Positions 33,780 to 50,681 of a stretch of DNA of 64,000 nucleotides are shown piece by piece (the stretch's first letter is position 1; the number at the start of each line of letters is the position of its first letter). The stretch is from the human T2T-CHM13v2.0 reference genome, Homo sapiens: NCBI RefSeq assembly GCF_009914755.1, contig NC_060942.1. The stretch is one strand, 5' to 3'. The translations under genes and the position numbers were made by a program. The notes below the pieces were generated by a model, which ran no database searches, was not told the DNA's origin, and saw nothing but the letters and a program-made list of their open reading frames with translations.

Positions 33780-34117
33780 TATAATATTGTCTTTATTAAG
33801 TTCTTATAATTCATAATCTAAGCAGAATGGCTGTGTATAATTTAAACATTAAATTTTAATTTAAATTTAATCAAATTTTACGTGCTAATTAAGAACAGTT
33901 TTCTATTTATAACTCCTTGTTATAAAGATCGATCATTGTATTTCATGTTTTGCATGCTATCAAGCTAAAACCAGATACACAAAGACTCAATTTTAAAGAA
34001 TCTTTTAATACTATGTAAAGTTCCACATATCATTAAAAGACAATTGTTAATTCAAATGAGAATATATTTAGTCAAAGCTGCCAAGGTCACACAAATCAGT
34101 TTAAAATTACAAAACAA

Positions 34118-34426
<309 letters not shown>

Positions 34427-35364
34427 CCACGAAAAAAACCACAATTTTTTTTTACAAATATTATAATATCTCCCATTAGATTTGATGTCATTCTGCATTC
34501 TGCATTAAATCTTTACATTTCTTTAGATTTTGAATGAAATCTTTATAATATAAACTATGTTACAAATTAATATTTTATTTATTAACTTTAGATATGAATT
34601 GATTTTATTGATATTTGCCCTTAGAAATATGCATAGAAAAGTTATCTTAAAGAGCTGTTTTAACAATTTAAGATGCATTTTTATTTTTAATGGAAAATGT
34701 AGTGCTTCCCTTTTTTCCTTCCTTCCCTCTTTCTTTCCTTCCCTCTTTCTTTCCTTCTCAATCTTCTTCCCATCTCACTTATTTCTCTTTGCATTACTTT
34801 TTCTTTTGGTTGTCTTTAAAACTTATTTATTAAGGATTTACTATTTTGGGTCTCTGGGGATATAACATGCTATGAGTCCTATTCTTTCTTTGGTTATTCA
34901 TTTTCCTGTTGGTGAGAAAAGGCTATCAGACATGTCTGTAGGTGGAAGTTAATGAAGGAGAAGAGGGGACAATGGTGGGTAGATGTTGTGGGCTGAGGCT
35001 GTTGCAGGTGTTTGGGAAAGGAATGGACCCAGACACAGTAGCAGTCATTGAAGGTTTTGTGGTCTTTTAAGAAAGAATTTTCTGTATCATTGTAAGCCAA
35101 TTAAAGTGTTAGACTTACAGTGATCATATATAATGACTTTGTTGAGCAAAAAAAACCCTATCATTTTAGTAATCTTTTGTTTTCTTAAAATCTTATTGGT
35201 TATAAAAAGTCAAAGGGCCTAAGTTGGTATAATTTGATTTCTCACACTATCCCTTGGAAAGAAAATTTGTTATGTGGCCTTTTTCCTAGGACAACCACCA
35301 TATCCCAGTTTCTGCAGAACTGTCCCAATTTTACATGCATTCATCTATTTCAGTCATCATTTAA

Positions 35365-35520
35365 CAGACATGTGACTTTGGCAAAGTTGTTTAACTTCTT
35401 TGAGCATTATTTTCCTCATAAGAGTAGGGCTACTTTAAAAAATAAATCAGATAACATACGTACCATAGTGCTCGGCCCATAACAATGACCAGATAAATGT
35501 AGGTATTATTCCTACTGCTG
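35365..35520 (+). mobile_element. MIR fragment
   Basis: tgtgactttggcaaagttgtttaacttctttgagcattattttcctcat. Confidence 0.6.
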
Positions 35521-37089
35521 TCATCAATTGCTTTGAGTCAGGTTGTTATCATTTAATACAATGAGACTTCATTTTATACAGTAATAAAATATTTTATGCA
35601 AATTTAATTTTAGTTGCTAGAATCATATATTCCTATTAGATCAATTGTTTAGTGTCTTCATCAGTTAATGCTCTTTATTACTACAAATTAAATAAAATTG
35701 CTCTCAGTGATTGAGTGGCTGTCAAGGCTGATCTTTTAAATGTGGATAATGCGTGATAAAGGATGAGTAATCTTTCTAGATTTCTTACTTTCTAGAAGAC
35801 TTCATTTGGAAGATAAGACTGCTATTATCAGTGCCCTTGATACAAATTGCAGACTTTTGTTGATTTAACTTTAGCTGTTACTATCTTGATATGTTGATTT
35901 TGTTCTTAGGACAGCCATATATTCAGATCTTTCAGAACAATCCAGACCCAAAATGCCGTCCTGCTGTGCCCCATGAGGTACACTTAGATTTGTTGTATCA
36001 TATGTTGTGCCTTTTGGTTTGGAACATAAGAACTGATACCACTCGGCTTTTCTGGCTTCATCCTTGCTCCATGCTGTCACCTTGTTCCTGGATTCTGGGT
36101 CCCAGCCCTGATACTCTTTGCCTTGAACCTTGACTTAATTTATGATCTCAGTTTTTCCTTTAAAATTAAAATAAATTTTGAAGTTTATTTATCATCTCTT
36201 ACATTATAATATTGACAGCTTCATTCTTATTTTATGAAGAGTTGATGTCTTTTTCTGGAATATTTAAAAAATGTACCAAAATATCTTGAAGAAATCTTAT
36301 GACCCCATAGTCAATGGATCAAAATATCGATTTGAATCTCCATGAGTCAATTATTTTGTAAAAATAGAAATTTAATTTTTTATAAACATCTACTTTTAAG
36401 TAGGCAGTCTCACTAAAAGTGTGTCAACCCTCACTATCCTTGAAGTTCATCCATTATTTAATAAAACACTATACTTAAATATTCCATCATGAATGTTACA
36501 AATTAGATCTTGCAATTCTTGGCTATAGTGAATTAGCTTTTTAATTATCTAAAATTACCTACCATGTAGGTCCTAACATCTGCAACTGCCTGAAAAAAAC
36601 AACTAAATTAGCCCTTGAAATTTCTTTTTCATTGGTTGTAATGGCTGACTTATACATATTATAATTGATTAGATGTACCATGAAGCAGAAGAAACAATCA
36701 ACTGGACCTGCATCTAATATAGCATTTCATTTAATCAATGTGATTTGATGAAAGTCCCACTATATGCTTGGCTTTAAGCTTGGAGATTCAAATAAAAAGA
36801 CATTAGGAATAAGATATTGTTCCTAAATTTAGGGAACTGGTATTCCAGATAACTAGTTGAGTCAATCTGTTTGACAAAAGCAATCATACTAGCCATTATT
36901 CAATCAATAAATAAAGCCATTATTTGAATTTGAATAAACCCAATGAAAAAATTATTTGACTAAATTTTTCATTTTCAACTGGCTGCTTGGGCAATGTAAA
37001 CAAATAACCCAAAACAATTAAAAACAATAAAAGAGTTTTGTTTTGGTCCATTATTTTACCATCGTCTAGATACGATCTGACTACTAATG

Positions 37090-37370
37090 GAGAGAAATAA
37101 TGATTGAGCAAACCAGAAAAGTAGCAATGAAGACAGAGAAGAGTAGATGAGATTGAAATAAATTTTGGAAAAAGAGATGTTGAAATTTGTTGATGGATAG
37201 GATACGAGGCTGAGGAAAACCAGATGTTCATTAGACATCCACATGAAGATGTTAAAGAGGTAGTTGAAGATGTAAGTATTTGTCTTAAGAGAGAGCTAAG
37301 GTCTGGAAATGGATAGGTTATCAGGTTGTTGTTGAGGCATGTTTTCTCAATAAGATTGATGTCCATGCTA
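37090..37370 (-). mobile_element. L2 fragment
   Basis: ttagacatccacatgaagatgttaaagaggtagttg...gagagagctaaggtctggaaat. Confidence 0.55.
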
Positions 37371-37600
37371 AACTTTAGGTGAATTTGTTTTGCTATATGT
37401 AAGACATAGGTTAAGCACTACATCCAGGTTGACAGATTGGTCAAGAGTATGAAATCGGTTTCTCAAACTGAGTATCACTTCTTATTTTCTGTGTGATCTT
37501 GAACACTTACATCACTCTGAGTCTTAGCATCATCTGGCAATACAATATTATCCTGCTTGTAAGGTTTAAGGGAACTAATACATGCAAGCATTTAGCATAG

Positions 37601-38053
37601 TGTCTTAGTCCATTTTGTGTTTCCATAAGGGAATATCTGAAGCTGGGTAATTTAAAAAAGAGAGGTTTACTTAGCCCATGGTTCTGCAGGCTGTACAAGA
37701 AGCATGACACCAGCGTCTGCTTAGCTTCTGGTGAGGGCTTTTCATGCTGCATCTAAAAATGATGGAGAAGGTCAAAGGGAAAGTGGGCCCTGGCAAAGAG
37801 GGACCAAATCCAAGGGACAACCTGGCCTTATATCAATCTACTCTTGGGCAAACTAATCTAGTCCCTAGAGCCAATCCAGTCTTGTGAGAGCAAGAACAAA
37901 CACACTACTGTGAAAAGGGCACCAAGCCATTTGTGAGGGATCTGCCTCTATGACCCAAACACCTCCCACTAAGACTTCCCAACACTCCCCACTGGGGATC
38001 AAATTTCAACATGAGATTTGGTGAAACAAGCAAACAATATCCAAACCATAGTA
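37601..38053 (-). mobile_element. MSTB1/B2-like solo LTR inserted in a MIR
   Basis: tgtcttagtccattttgtgtt...caatatccaaaccatagta; MIR sequence on both sides. Confidence 0.8.
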
Positions 38054-38743
38054 CCAGTATTAGGTATACAGTAACTACTCAATAATATAAGCACTCAGCA
38101 GACAGAATGTAGGTTTTAAGAAGGGTAATAAATACAAATATTATTATTATTATAAATAATAATAAAATTCAGTGAGGTTGTTTTACATTGAAACTGTCAG
38201 TAAAATTGTGAAATACTTTGAAATGGGCAAAAAGTGATTACTGGGTGCCCTGTACCTTTCTGGGTTATCTCTACCTTTCCCTGTCTTTAAGCCATTTTGT
38301 GGCTATGTAAATTGTAGAAAAATTAGTAATACAAATGATTTTCTTCGATAAAAATGCCAATGAATTGTTCCCAGTGGAGACGCTATTTTTTCAACATTCC
38401 TGATTACTTTTACGTGTGTATCTTTTGAATTCTTTGAACTGGTTGCAACATCTTACTGGTTCACTCATTAATTATGAGTTAAATAAGATCTTGAACACAT
38501 GTTCATTTTAATGAGATAAGATCTTGAACACAATTTGTATGAGAATTACAACGTTGCCTTTTAAAATTATTCTTTAATAAAAGTAAGGAGTAATTCTTAT
38601 CTATCACCCTTCAATTTAATGAAGAAAATTTATAAAGAATATGAATATAAGAAGAGAGACTACTAAAATGTTTAATTAGAAAAAGGGATATAGGTAAATG
38701 CTTTTATAAATATTATTAGATCTGGGTCATAGTTCCAATATGA

Positions 38744-39086
<343 letters not shown>

Positions 39087-39264
39087 ATCAGTTCTTCTTA
39101 AATGTGTCTTACGAAACACTAAGATACTAAGAAATGTTTACAGATATTCTGAGAAAAAAAACCACCAACCTCAAATTAGTTGGAAAAACCCTAGGTTAAT
39201 CGAAGTTAAATAGATTTTTTTACTATAGAAATTCTCAGTCTTCACTAAGGTAAATGCATTATAA

Positions 39265-39313
39265 ACACACACACACACACACACGCACGCACACACGCAC
39301 ACACACACACACA
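39265..39313. repeat. Interrupted (CA)n microsatellite
   Basis: Seen directly. Confidence 0.9.
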
Positions 39314-39461
39314 GCATTTATATGGTTGTGAGATGTTTCCTCTTTTTATTTTTTATATCTACTGACATCGGCATTTCTCAAGACACACAAACAAATAGAT
39401 TTGTTTAAAATCTCATTTAAAGGAAGACTTGTGAAATATCGAGTAAAGAAGTGTTAGCCTA

Positions 39462-40364
39462 GAGGAGGAGCCAAGATGGCCGAATAGGAACTGCTCAGGT
39501 CTACAGCTCCCAGCGTGAGCGACGCAGAAGACGGGTGATTTCTGCATTTCCATCTGAGGTACCGGGTTCATCTCACTAGGGAGTGCCAGACAGTGGGCGC
39601 AGGACAGGGGGTGCGCGCACCGTGCGCGAGCCGAAGCAGGGCGAGGCATTGCCTCACTCCGGAAGCGCAAGGGATCAGGGAGTTCCCTTTCCTAGTCAAA
39701 GAAAGGGGTGACAGACGGCACCTGGAAAATCGGGTCACTCCCACCCGAATACTGCGCTTTTCCGACGGGCTTAAAAAACAGTGCACCAGATTATATGCCG
39801 CACCTGGCTCGGAGGGTCCTAAGCTCACGAAGTCTCGCTGATTGCTAGCACAGCAGTCTGAGATCAACCTGCAAGGCAGCAGCGAGGGTGGGGGAGGGGC
39901 GCCCGCCATTGCCCAGGCTTGAGTAGGTAAACAAAGCAGCCAGGAAGCTCGAACTGGGTGGAGCCCACCACAGCTCAAGGAGGCCTGCCTGCCTCTTTAG
40001 GCTCCACCTCTGGGGGCAGAGCACAGACAAACAAAAAGACAGCAGTAACCTCTGCAGACTTAAATGTCCCTGTCTGACAGCTTTGAAGAGAGCAGTGGTT
40101 CTCCCAGCACGCAGGTGGAGATCTGAGAACGGGCAGACTGCCTCCTCAAGTGGGTCCCTGACCCCTGACCCCCGAGCAGCCTAACTGGGAGGCACCCCCC
40201 ATCAGGGGCACACTGACACATCACACGGCGCACTACTCCAACAGACCTGCAGCTGAGGGTCCTGTCTGTTAGAAGGAAAACTAACAAACAGAAAGGACAT
40301 CCACACCAAAAACCCATCTGTACATCACCATCATCAAAGACCAAAAGTAGATAAAACCACAAAG
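39462..40364 (+). promoter_or_regulatory. L1 5'UTR with sense and antisense promoters
   Basis: Intact YY1 site caagatggcc at the 5' end; CpG-rich relative to the window. Activity is inferred from L1PA biology. Confidence 0.7.
39568..39909 (-). CDS. L1 ORF0, open 113-codon long form
   Basis: ATG at 39909 in gcaATGG context; MAGAPPPPSLLPCRLISDCCASNQRD...; donor-like CAG|GT after 39804 and 39722. Expression unknown. Confidence 0.55.
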   Translation of the reverse strand: MAGAPPPPSLLPCRLISDCCASNQRDFVSLGPSEPGAAYNLVHCFLSPSEKRSIRVGVTRFSRCRLSPLSLTRKGNSLIPCASGVRQCLALLRLAHGARTPCPAPTVWHSLVR

Positions 40365-41381
40365 ATGGGGAAAAAACAGAGCAGAAAAACTGGAAACTCT
40401 AAAAAGCAGAGCACCTCTCCTCCTCCAAAGGAACGCAGTTCCTCACCAGCAACGGAACAAAGCTGGATGGAGAATGACTTTGATGAGCTGAGAGACGAAG
40501 GCTTCAGATGATCAAATTACTCCGAGCTACGGGAGGACATTCAAACCAAAGGCAAAGAAGTTGAAAACTTTGAAAAAAATTTAGAAGAATGTATAACTAG
40601 AATAACCAATACAGAGAAGTACTTAAAGGAGCTGATGGAGCTGAAAACCAAGGCTCGAGAACTACGTGAAGAATGCAGAAGCCTCAGGAGCCGATGCGAT
40701 TAACTGGAAGAAAGGGTATCAGCAATGGAAGATGAGATGAATGAAATGAAGCGAGAAGGGAAGTTTAGAGAAAAAAGAATAAAAAGAAACGAGCAAAGCC
40801 TCCAAGAAATATGGGACTATGTGAAAAGACCAAATCAACGTCTGATTGGTGTACCTGAAAGTGACGGGGAGAATGGAACCAAGCTGGAAAACACTCTGCA
40901 GGATATTATCCAGGAGAACTTCCCCAATCTAGCAAGGCAGGCCAACATTCAGATTCAGGAAATACAGAGAATGCCACAAAGATACTCCTCGAGAAGAGCA
41001 ACTCCAAGACACATAACTGTCAGATTCACCAAAGTTGAAATGAAGGAAAAAATGTTAAGGGCAGCCAGAGAGAAAGGTCAGGTTATCCTCAAAGGGAAGC
41101 CCATCAGGCTAACAGCGGATCTCTCAACAGAAACTCTACAAGCCAGAAGAGAGTGGGGGCCAATATTCAACATTCTTAAAGAAAAGAATTTTCAACCCAG
41201 AATTTCATATCCAGCCAAACTAAGCTTCATAAGTGAAGGAGAAATAAAATACTTTACAGACAAGCAAATGCTGAGAGATTTTGTCACCACCAGGCCTGCC
41301 CTAAAAGAGCTCTTGAAGGAAGCGCTAAACATGGAAAGGAACAACCGGTACCAGCCGCTGCAAAATCATGCCAAAATGTAA
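40365..41381 (+). pseudogene. L1 ORF1p, disrupted
   Basis: 338-codon frame with in-frame stops TGA (40509, codon 49) and TAA (40701, codon 113); 218-aa C-terminal part open. Confidence 0.92.
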
Positions 41382-41429
41382 AGGCCATCGAGACTAGGAA
41401 GAAACTGCATCAACTAACGAGCAAAATAA

Positions 41430-45258
<3,829 letters not shown>

Positions 45259-46047
45259 ACAATGAGAACACATGGACACAGGAAGGGGAACATCACACTC
45301 TGGGGACTGTTGTGGGGTTGGGGGAGGGGGGAGGGATAGCATTGGGAGATATACCTAATGTTAGATGATGAGTTAGTGGGTGCAGCGCACCAGCATGGCA
45401 TGTGTATACATATGTAACTAACCTGCACATTGTGCACATGTACCCTAAAACTTGAAGTATAATAATAATAATAATAATAATAAACCAAAAAAAAAAAAAA
45501 AGAAGTGTTAGCCTAACAGCAAATAGTGGAGTGGGGTGGGATTGTTCCTACCCATCATCTGGTTTCCACAGACCTTTATCGCCTGTCTCAAGAGAGTCAA
45601 CTCTGCTCTTAGCAAGTCTCTGCTGGAGCAACAGCATGAACAGGGAACTGGCCATCTGAACCTTTTCATCTACGGAGCCACCTGAGCTAAGCTGTGACTC
45701 TCTGCAGTGGCAAGACACAAACACGGTCACAGACCTTTTAAAACATGCTGCTAAAAGATATCCTGCTCTTAACATTTCAAACACAACATTTGTGCCTAAA
45801 TCCAAATTACTCTGTCAGAGCTAAGTTGCAGCAGTTGTTTAATATTTAAAGCCTATACACTTCAGGTAATGTAGAGAACAGTTTGTTCACCAGAGAAAGG
45901 AAGTGGGAGAGTGGTATTTCATTTGGGGTCAAGGTGCTTAAATGATTTCTCCTGGTAGCCCCTAAAACACATTAAGATAAAAAAAAATCCTATCTTGCAG
46001 GGAATCTTATAACTCCCCATAGTGTATCACAGTTCTTCTGGAGAACG

Positions 46048-46122
46048 TTTATTTATTTATTGAGACAGTTAAGTAGATTTTTTTACTATAGAAATTCTCA
46101 GTCTTCACTAAGGTTAAATGCG

Positions 46123-46153
<31 letters not shown>

Positions 46154-46420
46154 TTGCCCAGGCTGGGTACAGTGGCCCAACCATGGCTCACTGCAGTCTT
46201 AAACTCCTGGGCTCAAGTGATCTTCCTGCCTCAGCCTCCCCAGTAGATGGAACGACACAACATGCGACCACACTGGCTAATCTTAAAATTTTTCTTTTAT
46301 AGAGATGGAAGAGTTGCACTATGTTGACCAGGCTGGTTTTGAACCCTTGGCCTCAAGCGATCCTTCCTCTTCGGCCTCCCAAAGTGTTGGATTTACAGAT
46401 GTGAGCCGCCCTGCCCAGAC
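46048..46420 (-). mobile_element. AluJ carrying a 60-bp foreign insert near its tail
   Basis: AluJ diagnostics ctcctgggctcaagtgatc, tggcctcaagcgatcc; insert at 46067-46126. Confidence 0.88.
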
Positions 46421-46937
46421 AGCAAAACTTTATTTAAACTACTAATTCAAAGAATGTAAGATGTTTTAGTGTTATATTTCTTAGATGACTTTTTTAAAAA
46501 AGCTTTCATTAGGCTACTTGAACACATACATCATTATGAAAGAATAAATAAACTAGGCATGACTTCCTCATTAATGCAATATTCAAAATGAGATATCTAT
46601 ATGTTTAGCATTAATGGGGTGTTGTGGAACGTTTACAAAAAAATGTAAGAGTTCTTTTCACTTAAAGCAACATCTCGTCTGACTGAAGATTTAATAATAT
46701 AGGTAACAATAAAAGTTGGAAAACAATACAGTAGAGAATGTACATACACGAGAAGTTGTGGACTATTATAGGAGTACATGTAAGAAAAGAACCTGTGTAG
46801 GTTGAAATAAACAGAGTGAGAATGATGAGCTTTAAAATAGAAAAATGATGTAAGGTAGAGAAAAATTCCAGAGAGATCATTCCAGGCAGATGAATTGACA
46901 GGTGTGTGGTAGCAGAGAAAAAAAAAAAAAAAGATGA

Positions 46938-47263
<326 letters not shown>

Positions 47264-47355
47264 AAGATGAAGTTTTTCTACAGCCAAGAGTTCATGCTGA
47301 GGATTACTAGATTATCAGGACAGGGCACTGTGAAATCAGATAAAAAATTTTGAAA

Positions 47356-47645
47356 GGCTTGGCTCTGTGGCTCATGCCTGTAAATCTCGGCACTTTGGGA
47401 GGCCAAGGAGGCAGGATTGCTTGAAACCAGGAGTTGGAGGCCAGTCTGGGCAACATAGTGAGACCCTCGCCTCTAAAAATATAAACAATAAAAATTACTC
47501 AGATGTGGTGACACAAACCTGCAGTCCTAGCTCCTTGGGGTCTGAGGTAGGAGGATTGCTTAAGTCAGGAAGGTCGAAGATTCAGTGAGCTATGATTGCC
47601 ACTGTACTCCAGCCTGGGTGACAGAGTGAGATCCTGTCTCAAAAT
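47356..47645 (+). mobile_element. AluJ
   Basis: gcaggattgcttgaaaccaggagtt; gtgagctatgattg; diverged dimer. Confidence 0.88.
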
Positions 47646-47677
47646 AATTTTTTTCTTTGAAAAATTATGATATGATA

Positions 47678-48485
47678 TGTTAACTTAAAAAAAAATCAAA
47701 GATATAAACTTAGAAAAAGAGAGAAGGAGACTTTCTTTCTTATAAAGGGTTACAACCTGCAAGACAGCCATCCTGCAGCCTGGGAAGCACAGTCTCTGAA
47801 GGAAGCCCAGAGATAGGTAATTGGAAGGAGGAGGGGTTGGGGTAGGAGCTTTACACTGAAAGGGTTGGCCAAACATGCATATTCAACAGATTACAGGAGG
47901 AAGTATGAATATTCATGAGGTGTTCCTGACACTTGACCCATGTTCACTTTGGGGTGGAGACTTAACAATTAAATGCATTACTATTAGACCCTATATGTGA
48001 AAAGGACTTTTCAGGACATGAAGGCTTGAGAGTGCAATCTCTGCACCAGCCAGAACCACAGTCCATGGTCTTATCAGGAGAAAGTTGCTGAAATCACTCT
48101 CTTGTCCAATAAAAGCTGTAGTTATGGCTGTGGAAGAGGGGCTGGGGGGTCGGTTAGTACCTAGTGGAGCTGCAAATTATTTCAATATTGCTTATCTTGA
48201 GGGCATTGCTTGTTTAGCTGCTAGAGAAAAAGAAAACGCGTGTAGCAGTTAGAGCATAGTTGATTCTTTAAGTGCAGGGGTGTGTGACCTATCTCTTGCC
48301 TGGCATGGACTTAGGTCCTGTTTGTAATTTGGTATTTTATTGCCACCAAGAGTCTGTTTTGTCAATCTTATAAGCTTGATTTTATCATTAATGTTGGTCA
48401 CTGGTTATGTCTAAACCACAAAGGGAGAGGGTATAATAAGGTGTGTCTAACCTCCCATCCTATCATAGCTGAAAACTCAGTTTTC

Positions 48486-48539
<54 letters not shown>

Positions 48540-48609
48540 GGGGGGGTGTTCCTTTGGCCAAGGAGGAATCTGTTTGGTTGGTGAGGAGACTTAAGAGTTT
48601 AAGTTTAAA
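47678..48609 (-). mobile_element. MER49-like ERV1 solo LTR
   Basis: ~930 bp; gttcactttggggtggagacttaac...cttatcaggagaaagttgctgaaatc; family from recall. Confidence 0.65.
48489..48538. repeat. Perfect (GT)25 microsatellite
   Basis: Seen directly. Confidence 0.95.
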
Positions 48610-49075
48610 ATATTTATATATTATAATCACTGAACATTATGGATCTTTTGGTAAATTCTACCAGCTTTAAAAGGAATAACATTGGTTACTTTTATATATT
48701 TTTGATGGATGTTAAACCTTCACTAATTCAGGTAAATTGAGTGAGAAATGAATCTGTACTAATTAAATTTATGGACTGTAAAACATTTATTTAAAAAAGC
48801 AGTTTTATTTCTCTTCTGTATTTGTGATAATAATAATTACACAAAAAATGTGTGGTATTATTAGGCTTCATGAGAGAATTGTTTTATTTTGAATAATGAT
48901 TTAGAATTAGGATTCTTTTCCCTAAATAATAGTTTCCTAAGGAGAAAGATGCTTTAAATGATCAATTATCTTTAAATGTTTTAAATTATCTTGTTTACAT
49001 CTTATTTTTATGGTTAATTGGCTAAGCAAATCTTTTCCTTATTATGTAGTGTTTAAAGTGGCTTTCATCTTAGCT

Positions 49076-49573
49076 GTCCTGGCAGTTTTTGGTTTGCCCC
49101 TCTAGAGATATCTTCTACAGTCCTACATACTGCTCTGTGCACCATGAGATGGCCCTCTATGGCCTGCGTCACAGGTCCCCTTGTTGTCTGGCTGCTGATA
49201 GGGTTGAGCCATTGGTAGGTACCAACAGAAACTCTGAAAAGTGAGAGGAGGGTGAATTCAGGCAGGGGGTGTATTCCCTAGCTCTTTCCCTGTCACGAAG
49301 TAGCTGTGTCCCTGCATTGAAGGCTACACAGTTTCTCTTGGGATACCCTTACATTTTCTTTCTGGGTTCCAGGAATCACTGGCTCCCTTTTGTCTTCAGA
49401 TCTTGGGAATCATGGTTCTCTGCTATTGCTAGTCCATGTTCTGCATCATTTCCTGTTGGCTGTTCTTGATGCTAACTACTCTAACTACACTACTATAAAA
49501 ATCTCTTTTAAAAATGAAGCAATTGTCCTATATGAGGGCATTGCCTGTTTTCTGCTGGGACTCTGACAGATAA
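49076..49573 (+). mobile_element. LTR33-like ERVL LTR
   Basis: ccccttgttgtctggctgctgatagggttgagccattgg...ctgttttctgctgggactctgacagata. Confidence 0.65.
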
Positions 49574-50449
49574 AATATCTTTTACTGAAATAGATTTAAA
49601 AAACCAGTAAATGGAGTTTGCAACAAAAATGTTTTGCTGAATATGTGAATGTATTTCACTTTTAACATTTTGTGAACAATTAACTCATTTGTTTACCCGC
49701 TTGTTAAGAAACAGTTAAGTAACTATTATGTGTTAAGCATCAATAGGATAGGAATATAACAAGTTCACATTTTTCATAATATTTAATTTGTTATATTAGT
49801 AATAATAATATTAATGTATTAATCATGTTAATATTAATAACACATGGGTTTTACATATTCTCAGACTCTTAGATGTATTATTTAAGGTAGATACCAATTA
49901 ATACTTTAGAAGTTTTTATCACCAACAGGCACATATGGAACATTTACTATGTGCAAAATAATGGGCTTATAGTTCCTAAAAGCACCATTTCGTATTTTTT
50001 CATGTGTGAAAGAAAGATATATTAAACTTCTAGTTCACAGTTTTAGATTATTTTATGCTTATGATAAATCATAAAGAGTTGGAATTCACAACATATGTAA
50101 TAGAACTGTGAAACTTGGGTAAGGAAACACTTATGCATTTAGTATAGAATGGTGTATAAAAGGAGATAAAGACAAAGATAAAAATAATAAAAAAGAACTA
50201 TCAATTTATAGATTGCTCAGGGTATTAGCTTTCCATTATTCAAGCATTTGAGAGACGTCTGGGTCCCTTGTGAGAGTAGATTGACCTCTTTCAGGGCATT
50301 ATAATAGCATGTTAATTATAGCTGTACTAAATTAAATTGCAGGAACTGTGTGGATATATATTAAACTCTTGACTTGATCATCATAATATTTCTTCTAATT
50401 GAAAATAACAAATACAGTTGAAGACTCTTGTTTGATTTTTTTATTGCAG

Positions 50450-50681
50450 GAAGATGCAAACTAAAATTCAATTTATAAAAACATTTACTCTGGATAGACA
50501 TTTTTGTCTATGTCTTATTTTGAAAATTTTTGAGGAAAAGGAGATAAAAATGGAGATTAAACCAAATATTTATTTTAAAAAAATTCCAGTAGATTTAACA
50601 CCAGTGCAACGCAGTCCTATCTTCCACGTAAAGAACAGGGGACATTGGTCACACTGACTATACTAGTTGACTAGTTAGACA
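50450..50681 (+). other. Candidate 232-nt exon (likely non-coding)
   Basis: Acceptor gatttttttattgcag|G and donor ACA|gtaagt. Confidence 0.25.

Noticed and set aside
36920-37366. 148-aa minus-strand ORF
   Set aside because: Overlaps a decayed L2 fragment; Leu/Ser/Phe-rich composition typical of non-coding frames.
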